A stretch of DNA of 64,000 nucleotides from the IMG/VR virus record IMGVR_UViG_3300033146_000946, positions 1 through 64,000 of that record. One strand, given 5' to 3'. The notes beneath the pieces were generated by a model. The model ran no database searches, was not told the DNA's origin, and was given only the letters and a program-made list of their open reading frames with translations. The position numbers and the translations under genes are program-made. Position 1 is the stretch's first letter. Each line of letters opens with the position of its first letter. The stretch comes from a virus. This document shows positions 8,081-17,861 of the stretch, piece by piece.

Positions 8081-8527
8081 ATGTTAAAAAAAGTAATTGG
8101 AGCATTTAAAGCAGCAAAAGCTATGAATGGTAGACAGTTAACTTCTGTTACTAGAAATATGATGCAAAAAGCTGCTTCAAACTTTAAAACAAATGCTAAA
8201 ATAGAATATATGCTAAGACGTGAAAAAACCGTTTCTAGAAATTTACAGCATAAATATATGCCAGGAAGTAATCCATCTATATTACGAAATAGAGGAATAC
8301 AAATGGGTGCAGCTGTTGTCGGTGCAGCTGGTATGACATCTATTGCTGTAATGAATGGTGCAATGACTGCTGCTGGTAATAATATGATGACTAGATATAT
8401 GAATGATAATAGATATAGTTCTAAATTACTTCAACATAGAGTAGGTGGAGCAGCTGGCAATTCATCTCTTAATATTGGTAATCATGTTGGATTAAGTTTA
8501 GCATTAAGCAAAAGTAGACATGGATAA
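8081..8527 (+). CDS. Basic Gly/Ala/Met-rich protein (core/ejection candidate)
   Basis: GAAVVGAAGMTSIAVMNGAM segment; no Cys. Confidence 0.6.
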   Translation: MLKKVIGAFKAAKAMNGRQLTSVTRNMMQKAASNFKTNAKIEYMLRREKTVSRNLQHKYMPGSNPSILRNRGIQMGAAVVGAAGMTSIAVMNGAMTAAGNNMMTRYMNDNRYSSKLLQHRVGGAAGNSSLNIGNHVGLSLALSKSRHG

Positions 8528-8534
8528 ATAAATT

Positions 8535-9644
8535 ATGTATGAACAGCAAAATCAATATATGGAGGATAAACTATCTGTTTTAGATATAGGTAAAACTGTA
8601 TTTTCTGCATATGTTAATCCTTTTACTCAAGCTTCATTTGATCCTAATTTCTGGAGTCCATCAACGTATGGTGGTATAAGAGTTAGAAGTGGTATTCTAG
8701 ATCCAAATAATAAAGTTAATAAATTTGGTAGATGGGCAGTTAATGGAATATCGAAACTAGCAACAGGACATTCATTAGAAGATAGATTTAGAGCTAAAAG
8801 ATGGAAAAATACTATAAGACCTAAAGGTTCTACTACATTTAAAACATCATATGGACCTTCTGGAACTTATATGGGATTGAACTCATTAGAAGCTAATATA
8901 TCTAGAATGTCTGGAGGATTTTTACATTATACTGATGGATATCTTGGTGTTAGAATGGGAAAATTATTTGATTTTTCTGGTGCTAGAGAATCTAAATTTG
9001 TACAAAGAATGAATACAATTATAAAAGGTAGATCAAATTTAAATGATATACCTAATATGATAAATAATGTTGGTAGTGAACCAATAATGAAATATAAACG
9101 AAAGAATATTGGACCAGCTAAAAATAATCCATTAGTACCAGAATTACGTTCTAAATATAAACAAATTTATAATACTTTAAGAGAATCTGGATTTGAATCT
9201 CTTATTGATGAAAATATTACTGATTCAAAAGGTTTATTAAAACATTTAACTTCAAAAAGCACTAAAGCACATGTAAAAATAAAGGTAGCTGCAGCTAGAA
9301 TTGGAAAAAGTGCATATTATGCTGGAAGATTTGCAGGAAAAGTTGCGGTAAAAGGTGCATTATTAGCTGGTAAAGCTTATTCGGTTTATGGTATAGCTAG
9401 TTTGATGTATCAAGGTATTAAATTAGTAGCTAATCCTTTAGCTCAAATGGGTGTAAATGCTGTAGATCAAATGTATGATAAAGTATCATCTTTAGCTAGA
9501 CCTGAAATGGGTGGTCAATTAAGTTATGATTATTTAAGTCAAGGTGCTGCTACTGAAAGACAAAGAGCAATTCAAGCTATATCTAAATCTAGAATAAATG
9601 GAAGAAGTATGATGGGTAATGAAGCTCAATATATGCATGCGTAA
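8535..9644 (+). CDS. Basic Gly/Ala-rich protein (core/ejection candidate)
   Basis: Amphipathic Gly/Ala helices; C-terminal GAATERQRAIQAISKSRINGRS..GNEA segment; no Cys. Confidence 0.6.
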   Translation: MYEQQNQYMEDKLSVLDIGKTVFSAYVNPFTQASFDPNFWSPSTYGGIRVRSGILDPNNKVNKFGRWAVNGISKLATGHSLEDRFRAKRWKNTIRPKGSTTFKTSYGPSGTYMGLNSLEANISRMSGGFLHYTDGYLGVRMGKLFDFSGARESKFVQRMNTIIKGRSNLNDIPNMINNVGSEPIMKYKRKNIGPAKNNPLVPELRSKYKQIYNTLRESGFESLIDENITDSKGLLKHLTSKSTKAHVKIKVAAARIGKSAYYAGRFAGKVAVKGALLAGKAYSVYGIASLMYQGIKLVANPLAQMGVNAVDQMYDKVSSLARPEMGGQLSYDYLSQGAATERQRAIQAISKSRINGRSMMGNEAQYMHA

Positions 9645-9656
9645 TAAGGAGATTTA

Positions 9657-11474
9657 ATGGCATTAAATAAAGAATATCAAGAATGGTTTGTTAAAACACT
9701 TAATAATCCTGCTGATTGGGCAGAAGCATTTTTACGTAATCCTGATGATCCACAAAGACCATTAGAATTACGATCTTATCAACGAGAAGTATTAGAACAT
9801 ACAAAAGATGAACAACAAATGGTTTTACGTTATGGTAGGCGTATGGGAAAAACTGTTGTACTTTGTGCTGATTCTTTATGGTGGACTACAGCACAACCGT
9901 TAGCAACAATGTATAATAACAAAGGAACAAAACAAATACCTTTTACAGTACTTGTTATGACACCTATGGATTCTCAAATTAAAATGATATTTGATACATT
10001 TTTATCTTTAATAGCAGATTCACCATTTTTAAAAGATATGATTACATCTGTTAAAAGAAGTGATGTTAATGAAATTCATTTCAAAAATGGTTCTGTTATT
10101 AAAGGTATGACACTAGGTATATCATCGGCTAATAAAGGAACTTCTGTTCGTGGGCAGTCAGCTGACTTATTATTATTAGATGAAGCAGATTATATACCGC
10201 GTGATATTATGGAACAAGCAGTTCTTCCTATCGCTTCTACCAAACTAAATACTAAAATTAGAGCATGTTCTACTCCTTCTGGTAAACGTGAAATATTTTA
10301 CGAATGGTCTACTAAAGGAAAAGAAATTGGATGGTGGGCTAGACATTATCCATCTTGGCATCCAGATAATCCTTCTTGGTTATCTATTGATGATGCTAAG
10401 AAAAAAGGTATTCCAATTACTGATTCTACTGAATTTAAATATAGATCATATACTTCTGAAGAAGCTTATCTTAGAGAATATGGTGCTGAATTTGGTGAAG
10501 AATTACAAGGTGTATATAAACATAAATATATTAATATGTCTTTAATTAATTATTTTTCAGAATATAATAATCATGATGTAGATATCTTTGATCCAGGATT
10601 TGAACAAACTCCTGGTAATAAATATTTAATTGGTGTTGATTGGAATACATATAAAAATGGTGGACAAGTTGTAATGATTGAATATTGCGCTCAACCTACA
10701 TTTATAGAATATTATGATCATATAAAAAATGAAGATGTTAAAATAGATTGTACTGGAAAAATAAGATTATTTTATCGTAAAGGTGTTAAATCAAAAGATG
10801 CTACTCAAAGGGAAACTAGAAAAGAAATTATAAGATTAATGACACAATATAAAATAGATTTTGTTTATGTTGATTATGGTGCTGGTGATACTAATGTAGA
10901 AGAATTAACTTTATATGGTAAGAAACATCCAGAACTTGGTATGGCTAGAAAATTACATGTTGTAGATTCAGGTGCATCATCTGAACATTATGATCCAGTA
11001 TTACAAAAGAAAGTTAAAAAAAGAAATAAAGGTTTAATGATAAACCAATCCGTTTTATCTATTGAGGAAGGTCGAATGATACTTCCAAAAGAAGAAGATT
11101 CAGCTCATAGATTAGTAAATCAAATGAGAGGATATATTATAAAAAGTGTAACTGCTCGTGGTGACTTTACTTATGATGGAGAAGATCACGTTTTAGATGC
11201 ATTTCATTTAGCCGTTTATGGTTTCTATCATCAATTTGGATTATTATTAAAATCATCATATGAAACTAGAATTAAATTCATGAGAAATCCTAGATTAGAT
11301 AATTTTGATGGTAGAGATGCAGCTTCTCCAAATTCTACTATACTAAATAACAATAACACGAATATACGAGACCCTGAAGCACCACCAAAATATAATATGC
11401 CTAAAATGGCTGGTGGTAGAAAAGGTTCTAGAAGTTCCAAAATTTTTGGAAGTGGATTTAGGAGACAACTATAA
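9657..11474 (+). CDS. terL: Terminase large subunit
   Basis: YQ, Walker A GRRMGKT, VRG, Walker B LLLLDEAD, STP, nuclease IGVDW, VYVD, DHVLDA. Confidence 0.95.
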   Translation: MALNKEYQEWFVKTLNNPADWAEAFLRNPDDPQRPLELRSYQREVLEHTKDEQQMVLRYGRRMGKTVVLCADSLWWTTAQPLATMYNNKGTKQIPFTVLVMTPMDSQIKMIFDTFLSLIADSPFLKDMITSVKRSDVNEIHFKNGSVIKGMTLGISSANKGTSVRGQSADLLLLDEADYIPRDIMEQAVLPIASTKLNTKIRACSTPSGKREIFYEWSTKGKEIGWWARHYPSWHPDNPSWLSIDDAKKKGIPITDSTEFKYRSYTSEEAYLREYGAEFGEELQGVYKHKYINMSLINYFSEYNNHDVDIFDPGFEQTPGNKYLIGVDWNTYKNGGQVVMIEYCAQPTFIEYYDHIKNEDVKIDCTGKIRLFYRKGVKSKDATQRETRKEIIRLMTQYKIDFVYVDYGAGDTNVEELTLYGKKHPELGMARKLHVVDSGASSEHYDPVLQKKVKKRNKGLMINQSVLSIEEGRMILPKEEDSAHRLVNQMRGYIIKSVTARGDFTYDGEDHVLDAFHLAVYGFYHQFGLLLKSSYETRIKFMRNPRLDNFDGRDAASPNSTILNNNNTNIRDPEAPPKYNMPKMAGGRKGSRSSKIFGSGFRRQL

Positions 11475-12806
11475 ATGAATTTAGATGATTATACAAATCA
11501 GGAAATATCAATTGATCAATTAAATGAATTATTAATTGAAGGTAGATTAAAATTTAATACTAAAGATGTCGGTAATCCATCAGCTGTATCTCATACTGAA
11601 AGTAAATCTGGAAATTGTCAGTCTCCAGATAATAGAGAATCTGATAATGATAAGAAAAATAAACAGATTCAAAATATGATTGATAATGTTAAAGATAATG
11701 AGGAACTAGTTAATACATTAGAAGATTTTTTAAATAAAATGTTAGCAGATATGAATATAACACCTAAAAGTAAAAAAATAGCAGATGCAGCTAAATTATT
11801 AAATGGTAATGGTGATACTAATATAACAAAAGATACATTTGATACAGCTGAAACTATTATAGAAAATGCCGATATTTTAAGTAAAGGTTATATTCCACAA
11901 TTAGCACCATTACTAGGTGATATTAGATTAGAAAGCAATCCATATGATTGTAGCGGTATTTCTAGAAGTATTATGGATGGATTTACTTTTGCTCAATTAA
12001 AAAATAGTGATACAGATGATAATTCTGATATTGTAGATCCAGATGATGTTGATTATGATACAGAACAAAATGTAACAGAAATAGAAGAAAATTTTGCTGA
12101 AGAAATGAAAACATTAATGGCTTATCTTATTAATAAATTATTTTGGAATATAATATGGGGTAGAATGTGGACATCTATTTTTGATCTAATTGAAAAAATG
12201 ATAGCAAAACCAATTGATACTCCTATAATTATTATTAGAGGTTTATTATTTAGAATACCTAAATTAACTCGAGAAAACTATTATAAATATGGTCCTATTC
12301 ATAAAGCATTAAATAAATTCAAAATGGTTATGTTATGTAAAATACCAAAACGAATTTGGACTGATTATAAACCAGAAGATGATATTATTATATATTGGCG
12401 TGGAAGTTTAGTTCCATTAAATACATTATGTTCAAAAGACTTTATAAGTGGTTTTGATGAATGTATAAATAAACCCATTCCTACACCAGAAGAACGAGAA
12501 CAACAAGCTCAAGATGAATATGTTGAACCGTCTTCAGATCCTAACGCTAAACCAGAAGGTGATTCATATGATGCTGATGATTTAGAAGATGATGGTAATG
12601 GAATAGCAGGAGCTGTGGATGATGCTGAAGGAATGCCAGATAATATGGATATATGTGATATCATTGATGGAATGGGTAAAGCTTATGATGAACAAGCAAA
12701 AAATAATAAAAAGAAACCTAGAATGACTCCTGAATGTCTAGATGCTGCACATACTGTTATGAAAGCAGTATACAATGATTCTAAATATAATAATAAACGA
12801 GGTTAA
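11475..12806 (+). CDS. Acidic, Cys-containing hypothetical protein
   Basis: Long ORF between terL and portal; late motif at 11336. Confidence 0.7.
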   Translation: MNLDDYTNQEISIDQLNELLIEGRLKFNTKDVGNPSAVSHTESKSGNCQSPDNRESDNDKKNKQIQNMIDNVKDNEELVNTLEDFLNKMLADMNITPKSKKIADAAKLLNGNGDTNITKDTFDTAETIIENADILSKGYIPQLAPLLGDIRLESNPYDCSGISRSIMDGFTFAQLKNSDTDDNSDIVDPDDVDYDTEQNVTEIEENFAEEMKTLMAYLINKLFWNIIWGRMWTSIFDLIEKMIAKPIDTPIIIIRGLLFRIPKLTRENYYKYGPIHKALNKFKMVMLCKIPKRIWTDYKPEDDIIIYWRGSLVPLNTLCSKDFISGFDECINKPIPTPEEREQQAQDEYVEPSSDPNAKPEGDSYDADDLEDDGNGIAGAVDDAEGMPDNMDICDIIDGMGKAYDEQAKNNKKKPRMTPECLDAAHTVMKAVYNDSKYNNKRG

Positions 12807-12808
12807 TT

Positions 12809-13168
12809 ATGGCACAAGAAAATACTGATAGTAATTATGTTCCAGAAGCAATATTCTTTAATCGAACTATTCGTGATATGCGAAAACATGTAGAATATGA
12901 AAAATTTCTTTGTAGAATGATGGTTGATAATGATGATACTAGAAAATTTAAAGAAAATACAGATAATCATCCTGATAGTATTCATAAATTTATATATAAT
13001 AATGAATTAGTTGAAGCACACACTATGAGAGGAAAATATGAAGCGATAGGAAAATCAGCTTATATTCCTACACCAAAACAAGATGATGAAGATGAACAAG
13101 ATACAACTACTACAGAAGAAAATACATATTCTGTTGATAATGATAATATAGTTTTAAAAGGAAAATAA
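12809..13168 (+). CDS. Hypothetical protein
   Basis: GAGG RBS; tight packing. Confidence 0.65.
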   Translation: MAQENTDSNYVPEAIFFNRTIRDMRKHVEYEKFLCRMMVDNDDTRKFKENTDNHPDSIHKFIYNNELVEAHTMRGKYEAIGKSAYIPTPKQDDEDEQDTTTTEENTYSVDNDNIVLKGK

Positions 13169-14449
13169 ATGGCTACTGTTGAAGATGATAAAGCTAACGA
13201 TTTAGAATGGCTAGAAAATGTTGATAGTTATATTCAGAAATTAGGAAATATTAGTTTAAAAAGTGCTGAAGATTTAACATCTTTTACTAAAGAATCAAAT
13301 GCTGATTTATTAGGTTTTCTAGATAGAATAACTAATGATATAGATAGACCTATTTTTAAATCATTAGCTAAAGATATGATTGGAGTATTTGGTTCATTTT
13401 ATATTGACGATGAAGCATTATGTTGTTTGGTAAAAAATATAATGAGACAAATGGATATATCTACTAAATTAAATGACTATTTAAATGAAATTACTAAAAT
13501 AGAATTTGATGGTATGTATGTTAATGATGATAATTTTGAATTAGTTTTTGCTGAAACTAAATTTGGTAAAGCAGTTAATGGTACTATTGCTATTATTGAT
13601 GTAGTATTAGTATTTTTAGAAATGGATATATCTGATTTTATGCTTCCTATTTTAGATTTTATGCGAGAATTATCAGAAGCTATTATTGGTTTTATGTGTT
13701 TAGCATTTCAAGAAATAATTTTTACTGTAAGAGATAGTGCTATTGATTGGATTATTGGACAAATTGATGCATTATCTACTGATGAAAGTTGGATGGAATG
13801 TTTACCTTATATGGATTTCATATCAGTATTAAAAAAATATATTAGTGATTATGGATTAGTAGATAAATTATTATCTCTTATTGAAGGATTTTTAGCTAAT
13901 GCTTATAATAAATTTAAAGGAGCATTAGATGCAGAACTTCCTAAAAATGTTAAACTTATTAAATTATTAAGATTAATTAGAAAAATATTAGTATCATTAA
14001 AAGATGCAGTTATTAATTGGGAATTTTGTTCATTTATAAATGATTCTGGCGATGGTAATGAAAATGGTGATAATAATGATGATAATTCAGATTCACCTTC
14101 TACTAATTATTTAAATAGAATTCTTAATAAAAAAGATAAAGGTATTAATAATTATAGTTTTATGTTTACTGATGATAATACTATACTAAATAATAGTAAC
14201 AATACCAGCAATGGTGATGATAGCGGAAATAATGGAAGTGGTAATCTTTTTAATCAAGAATTAAAAGCATTTTTACAAAATTACATGGGATTTTCAGCTG
14301 ATAGAGCTGATGCAGTAGTTAACAATAATAATGGTCTAAATACAGGTGATAATGATGGAAATAAATCTGGAGCCTGTGGAACAGTATTAAAAGATAGTGA
14401 TCTATCTAGTATTTTAGATAAAATTATATCTACACATAGGAATGGATAA
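13169..14449 (+). CDS. Acidic helical hypothetical protein with Asn/Asp-rich linkers
   Basis: Long ORF translationally coupled to portal (TAATG). Confidence 0.7.
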   Translation: MATVEDDKANDLEWLENVDSYIQKLGNISLKSAEDLTSFTKESNADLLGFLDRITNDIDRPIFKSLAKDMIGVFGSFYIDDEALCCLVKNIMRQMDISTKLNDYLNEITKIEFDGMYVNDDNFELVFAETKFGKAVNGTIAIIDVVLVFLEMDISDFMLPILDFMRELSEAIIGFMCLAFQEIIFTVRDSAIDWIIGQIDALSTDESWMECLPYMDFISVLKKYISDYGLVDKLLSLIEGFLANAYNKFKGALDAELPKNVKLIKLLRLIRKILVSLKDAVINWEFCSFINDSGDGNENGDNNDDNSDSPSTNYLNRILNKKDKGINNYSFMFTDDNTILNNSNNTSNGDDSGNNGSGNLFNQELKAFLQNYMGFSADRADAVVNNNNGLNTGDNDGNKSGACGTVLKDSDLSSILDKIISTHRNG

Positions 14450-16326
14450 TGAATATTTTAGATTTATTTAGAATTTCTTCACCAATAGAAGATTATGAAA
14501 TTGATTATAATGGTAACGTTATTAATACTGATGCAACTATTAAAGATCCATCTTTAAAATTTACTAAACCAAAATATATTAAAAGATTTCAAACACAAAA
14601 TAAAATATTACGAAATATAGTATTTGTTGATTCAGAATATGATCTATCTACTGTTGCTAATGCTGTTCAATTGGACGGATTATTAAATAGATCTGTTAAT
14701 ATCTTTGTCGAACAAATTATTAAAAATGGTTATGAAGTAGTTATACCAAATCAAAAATTATATCAACATGTATCTAATAGATTAAAAGAAATTGAATTAT
14801 TTACAAATATTAAAAATACAGAACTAACAACATTAATAGCAAGACAATTGGTGACATATGGAAATGCATATGTAATTAAAGTTAGAAAAACTAATGTCTC
14901 AAAATATGGAAAAAAATATAAATTATATAATAGAACAGTTCAACCAATTGTTGGATTATTTATGGCAGATGCTACAACGATGAAAATTGGTTTAGATGTA
15001 AATAATAAAATTAAATATTATAAACAAATGATTAATGGTGTAGAAAAAATATTTAATGTTGATGATGTTATACATTTAACTTATAATAAAATACCAGGAT
15101 TATTAACAGGACGTACTCCTATAATATCTGTATTAGATGATGTTAGAGCATTAAGAAAATTAGAAGAAGAAGCAGAAATTTTAGGCTTTCAGTATGCCGT
15201 ACCACTTTATCTTTATAAAGTAGGAACTGATCAACATCCAGCAGCTCCTGGTGAAGTTGATGCTGTGGCTATGGAAATTAATACTATGAATACTTATGGT
15301 ATTATGACTGTACCACATACGCATACAATTGAAACTGTAACTAATAATAATGATCCAATTGATATAATGAAATATATTGAACATTTTAAAAAGAGAATAT
15401 ATAGTGGAATAGGTTTATCGGCAGCTGTTATGGGTGAAACTGATACATCTAATAGAAATACATCTGAAGCAGCTTATCTTTCAATGCAAGCTATTACTAA
15501 ATCATATCAACAAATAATTAAAGAAAAATTAGAAATGGAATTATTAAAAGAATTAGTAATGGATGCAGGATATGATCCTTCTAGATTTCAATTCGAATTA
15601 AAATTTAAAGAAATTGATTTAGAAGCAACTATTAAAAAAGAAACTCATGTATTACAAAAATATCAAGGTAATTTAATTACCTTGACAGAAGCTAGAATGG
15701 AATTAGAAATGGAAACTAAAATCGATTATAATGATCTATATCTTAATAAAATTCAAATTCCACTTGCTCAAGCTGAAGCTGAATCTCAAATTCCAGTTGT
15801 TGAAAAACAAGGTGATGTTAAAATTAAAGTTGAACAAGCTCTTAGTAAATTAATACCTTCAGGTTCTAGTAAATCATCTAGTACTAATACTACACCAAAA
15901 AAGACAACTACTAAAAAAAGTAAAACTGCTGCATCTGAAAAATCTACAACTACAAAATCGCAACCAACTAATCAATATGGTAAACAATTAAGTAGACCTA
16001 CTTTTAAAAGAGATTTTGAAAATAATATAGAATATGCTAAACAATTATCTAATTCATTATTAAATAATGATAATTATAAATCACCTGTAAATAGATCAAC
16101 ATTCTTAAATAAATTAAAATTAAATATCAAAGATACTATACTACAATTGGATATTGATTTAAATGATATAGAATATATTATGAAAATATTTGAAATTAGA
16201 ATAACTGACAGATTAAATAGATTATCTAATGTAGATTCTGATGAAAAATTTGATTTTATTATACAATCTATTTATGATGAGATTAATAATATAAGTCAAG
16301 TAGTGGAGATTAATGATGAAGAATAA
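14449..16326 (+). CDS. Portal protein
   Basis: LVTYGNAYVIK, DDVIHL, GRTPI..VLDD, G.TDTSNRNTSE, ITLTEAR portal-type motifs; position between terL and protease. Confidence 0.88.
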   Translation: MNILDLFRISSPIEDYEIDYNGNVINTDATIKDPSLKFTKPKYIKRFQTQNKILRNIVFVDSEYDLSTVANAVQLDGLLNRSVNIFVEQIIKNGYEVVIPNQKLYQHVSNRLKEIELFTNIKNTELTTLIARQLVTYGNAYVIKVRKTNVSKYGKKYKLYNRTVQPIVGLFMADATTMKIGLDVNNKIKYYKQMINGVEKIFNVDDVIHLTYNKIPGLLTGRTPIISVLDDVRALRKLEEEAEILGFQYAVPLYLYKVGTDQHPAAPGEVDAVAMEINTMNTYGIMTVPHTHTIETVTNNNDPIDIMKYIEHFKKRIYSGIGLSAAVMGETDTSNRNTSEAAYLSMQAITKSYQQIIKEKLEMELLKELVMDAGYDPSRFQFELKFKEIDLEATIKKETHVLQKYQGNLITLTEARMELEMETKIDYNDLYLNKIQIPLAQAEAESQIPVVEKQGDVKIKVEQALSKLIPSGSSKSSSTNTTPKKTTTKKSKTAASEKSTTTKSQPTNQYGKQLSRPTFKRDFENNIEYAKQLSNSLLNNDNYKSPVNRSTFLNKLKLNIKDTILQLDIDLNDIEYIMKIFEIRITDRLNRLSNVDSDEKFDFIIQSIYDEINNISQVVEINDEE

Positions 16327-17860
16327 AAAAAATATTGATGAATTGGTTGAAAAATTAGATTTTATCGATGTATATATTAATGCTACACATCTAAATTATG
16401 TAAATGGAAATAATCTCTATTATAATTTAGATGCTGTTAAAAATGGTGGTGGTGAATCTTGGTTAAAACCATATCCTAAACCTCAATTATTACATCATGA
16501 TAAAACTAAAGATGCTGTTGGTAGAATTGTAGATTATTCTATTAAAGATAAAGCTTTAATTGATGGTGAACCAAAAGATTATGTACAATTAAAATCTAGA
16601 ATTACTGATAAAGATGCTATTAGTAAAGTATTAAAAGGTATTTATTATACTTGTAGTGTTGGAAGTTCTAGTACTGAAATACGATGTTCTGTTTGTGATC
16701 AAGTATTAACACGTGATGGACTATGTGAACATGAAAAAGGTTCTATGGTTGATGGACAAAAAGTTTATTGGATCATTGATGAAATTACATATAAAGAAAA
16801 CTCATTCGTAAACAATCCTGCGGATTCTTATTCCAGAATAGTATCGATCGATATCGGTGATGGACCAATGGAGTACGAAAAATTCCTTAAAGATAAGGAA
16901 CAAATTATAAAACAATTTATTATGGAGGATGATATGAAAACATCTAATACCGATGCTAAATTAAGCACGGAGTCTAGAAAAAAACTCCCTGATTCAGCAT
17001 TCTGTGGTCCTGGTAGAAGCTTTCCAGCTAATGATAAAGCTCATGTTACTGCAGGATTACGACTATTAAATAAATCTAAATTTTCACAATCAACTAAAGA
17101 TAAGATTAAAGCTTGTCTTTATAGAAAAGGTAAACGATATAATATTGGACCTAGTGAAGATGAATTAAAAGAAGATGCTGATTTTTTAGTATATAGAATG
17201 GATGATGATTTTACTGAGGATGAAATTAAAGTTGTCGAAGATTTCTTTAAAGAAAATCCTACTAGCTTAGACGATGAAGTTAAAGCTATAACAGAAGAAT
17301 CATCAGATAATGAAGAAGATAATTCAGATTCAGAAGAAATATCATATGATATTGATGATTTTGAAACTATTAAAAAAGGTAAAAAAGATGAAATAATCGC
17401 TTTTGCTGATTTTATTATAACAAAATTTAATGAACTTTCTGATTCAGAGACTATACTAAAAGATGAAATAAATGAATTAAAAGATAAAATTTCTGAACAA
17501 GATACTATACTAATTAGTAAAGAAGATGAAATTAATAAACTATTAGATTCTAATGCAGATCTAACAGTTAAATACAAACGCTCTTTGATTGATAGTATTC
17601 TAGATTTCAAAAAAATTATTGAAAATCGTGATGAAGAATATGAAAAATATAAATCAAGAAAAATTGATAGTTTGTTAGATACATTAGAAGATTGTAGGAA
17701 TGAACATATAAATGACATTCCTAAAGTTGAAGATGAAACATTAACAGATTCAACTGAATCAGATAATAATACTAGCGAGAATACACTTGAAGATGATGAT
17801 AGTCATGAAGAAAGTAAAATTGATCGCTTTTTTAAACATAATATTATAACGGAGGATTAA
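16313..17860 (+). CDS. Prohead protease fused to scaffold
   Basis: LLHHD..AVGRI, CSVGS, CSVC..CEH zinc insert, ENSFVNNPAD; acidic coiled-coil C-terminal half. Confidence 0.85.
   Translation: MMKNKKNIDELVEKLDFIDVYINATHLNYVNGNNLYYNLDAVKNGGGESWLKPYPKPQLLHHDKTKDAVGRIVDYSIKDKALIDGEPKDYVQLKSRITDKDAISKVLKGIYYTCSVGSSSTEIRCSVCDQVLTRDGLCEHEKGSMVDGQKVYWIIDEITYKENSFVNNPADSYSRIVSIDIGDGPMEYEKFLKDKEQIIKQFIMEDDMKTSNTDAKLSTESRKKLPDSAFCGPGRSFPANDKAHVTAGLRLLNKSKFSQSTKDKIKACLYRKGKRYNIGPSEDELKEDADFLVYRMDDDFTEDEIKVVEDFFKENPTSLDDEVKAITEESSDNEEDNSDSEEISYDIDDFETIKKGKKDEIIAFADFIITKFNELSDSETILKDEINELKDKISEQDTILISKEDEINKLLDSNADLTVKYKRSLIDSILDFKKIIENRDEEYEKYKSRKIDSLLDTLEDCRNEHINDIPKVEDETLTDSTESDNNTSENTLEDDDSHEESKIDRFFKHNIITED
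16934..17860 (+). CDS. Nested in-frame scaffold protein, DUF6582-like N-terminus
   Basis: GGAGG at 16924-16928, 5 nt before in-frame ATG 16934, at the protease/scaffold boundary; LSTESRKKLPDSAF..SFP..DKAHV. Confidence 0.6.
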   Translation: MKTSNTDAKLSTESRKKLPDSAFCGPGRSFPANDKAHVTAGLRLLNKSKFSQSTKDKIKACLYRKGKRYNIGPSEDELKEDADFLVYRMDDDFTEDEIKVVEDFFKENPTSLDDEVKAITEESSDNEEDNSDSEEISYDIDDFETIKKGKKDEIIAFADFIITKFNELSDSETILKDEINELKDKISEQDTILISKEDEINKLLDSNADLTVKYKRSLIDSILDFKKIIENRDEEYEKYKSRKIDSLLDTLEDCRNEHINDIPKVEDETLTDSTESDNNTSENTLEDDDSHEESKIDRFFKHNIITED

Positions 17861-17861
17861 A

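Noticed and set aside
9657-11474. Intein or intron in terL (also considered for portal and MCP)
   Set aside because: Sizes are normal, motifs are contiguous, and no splice-junction or homing-endonuclease motifs were seen
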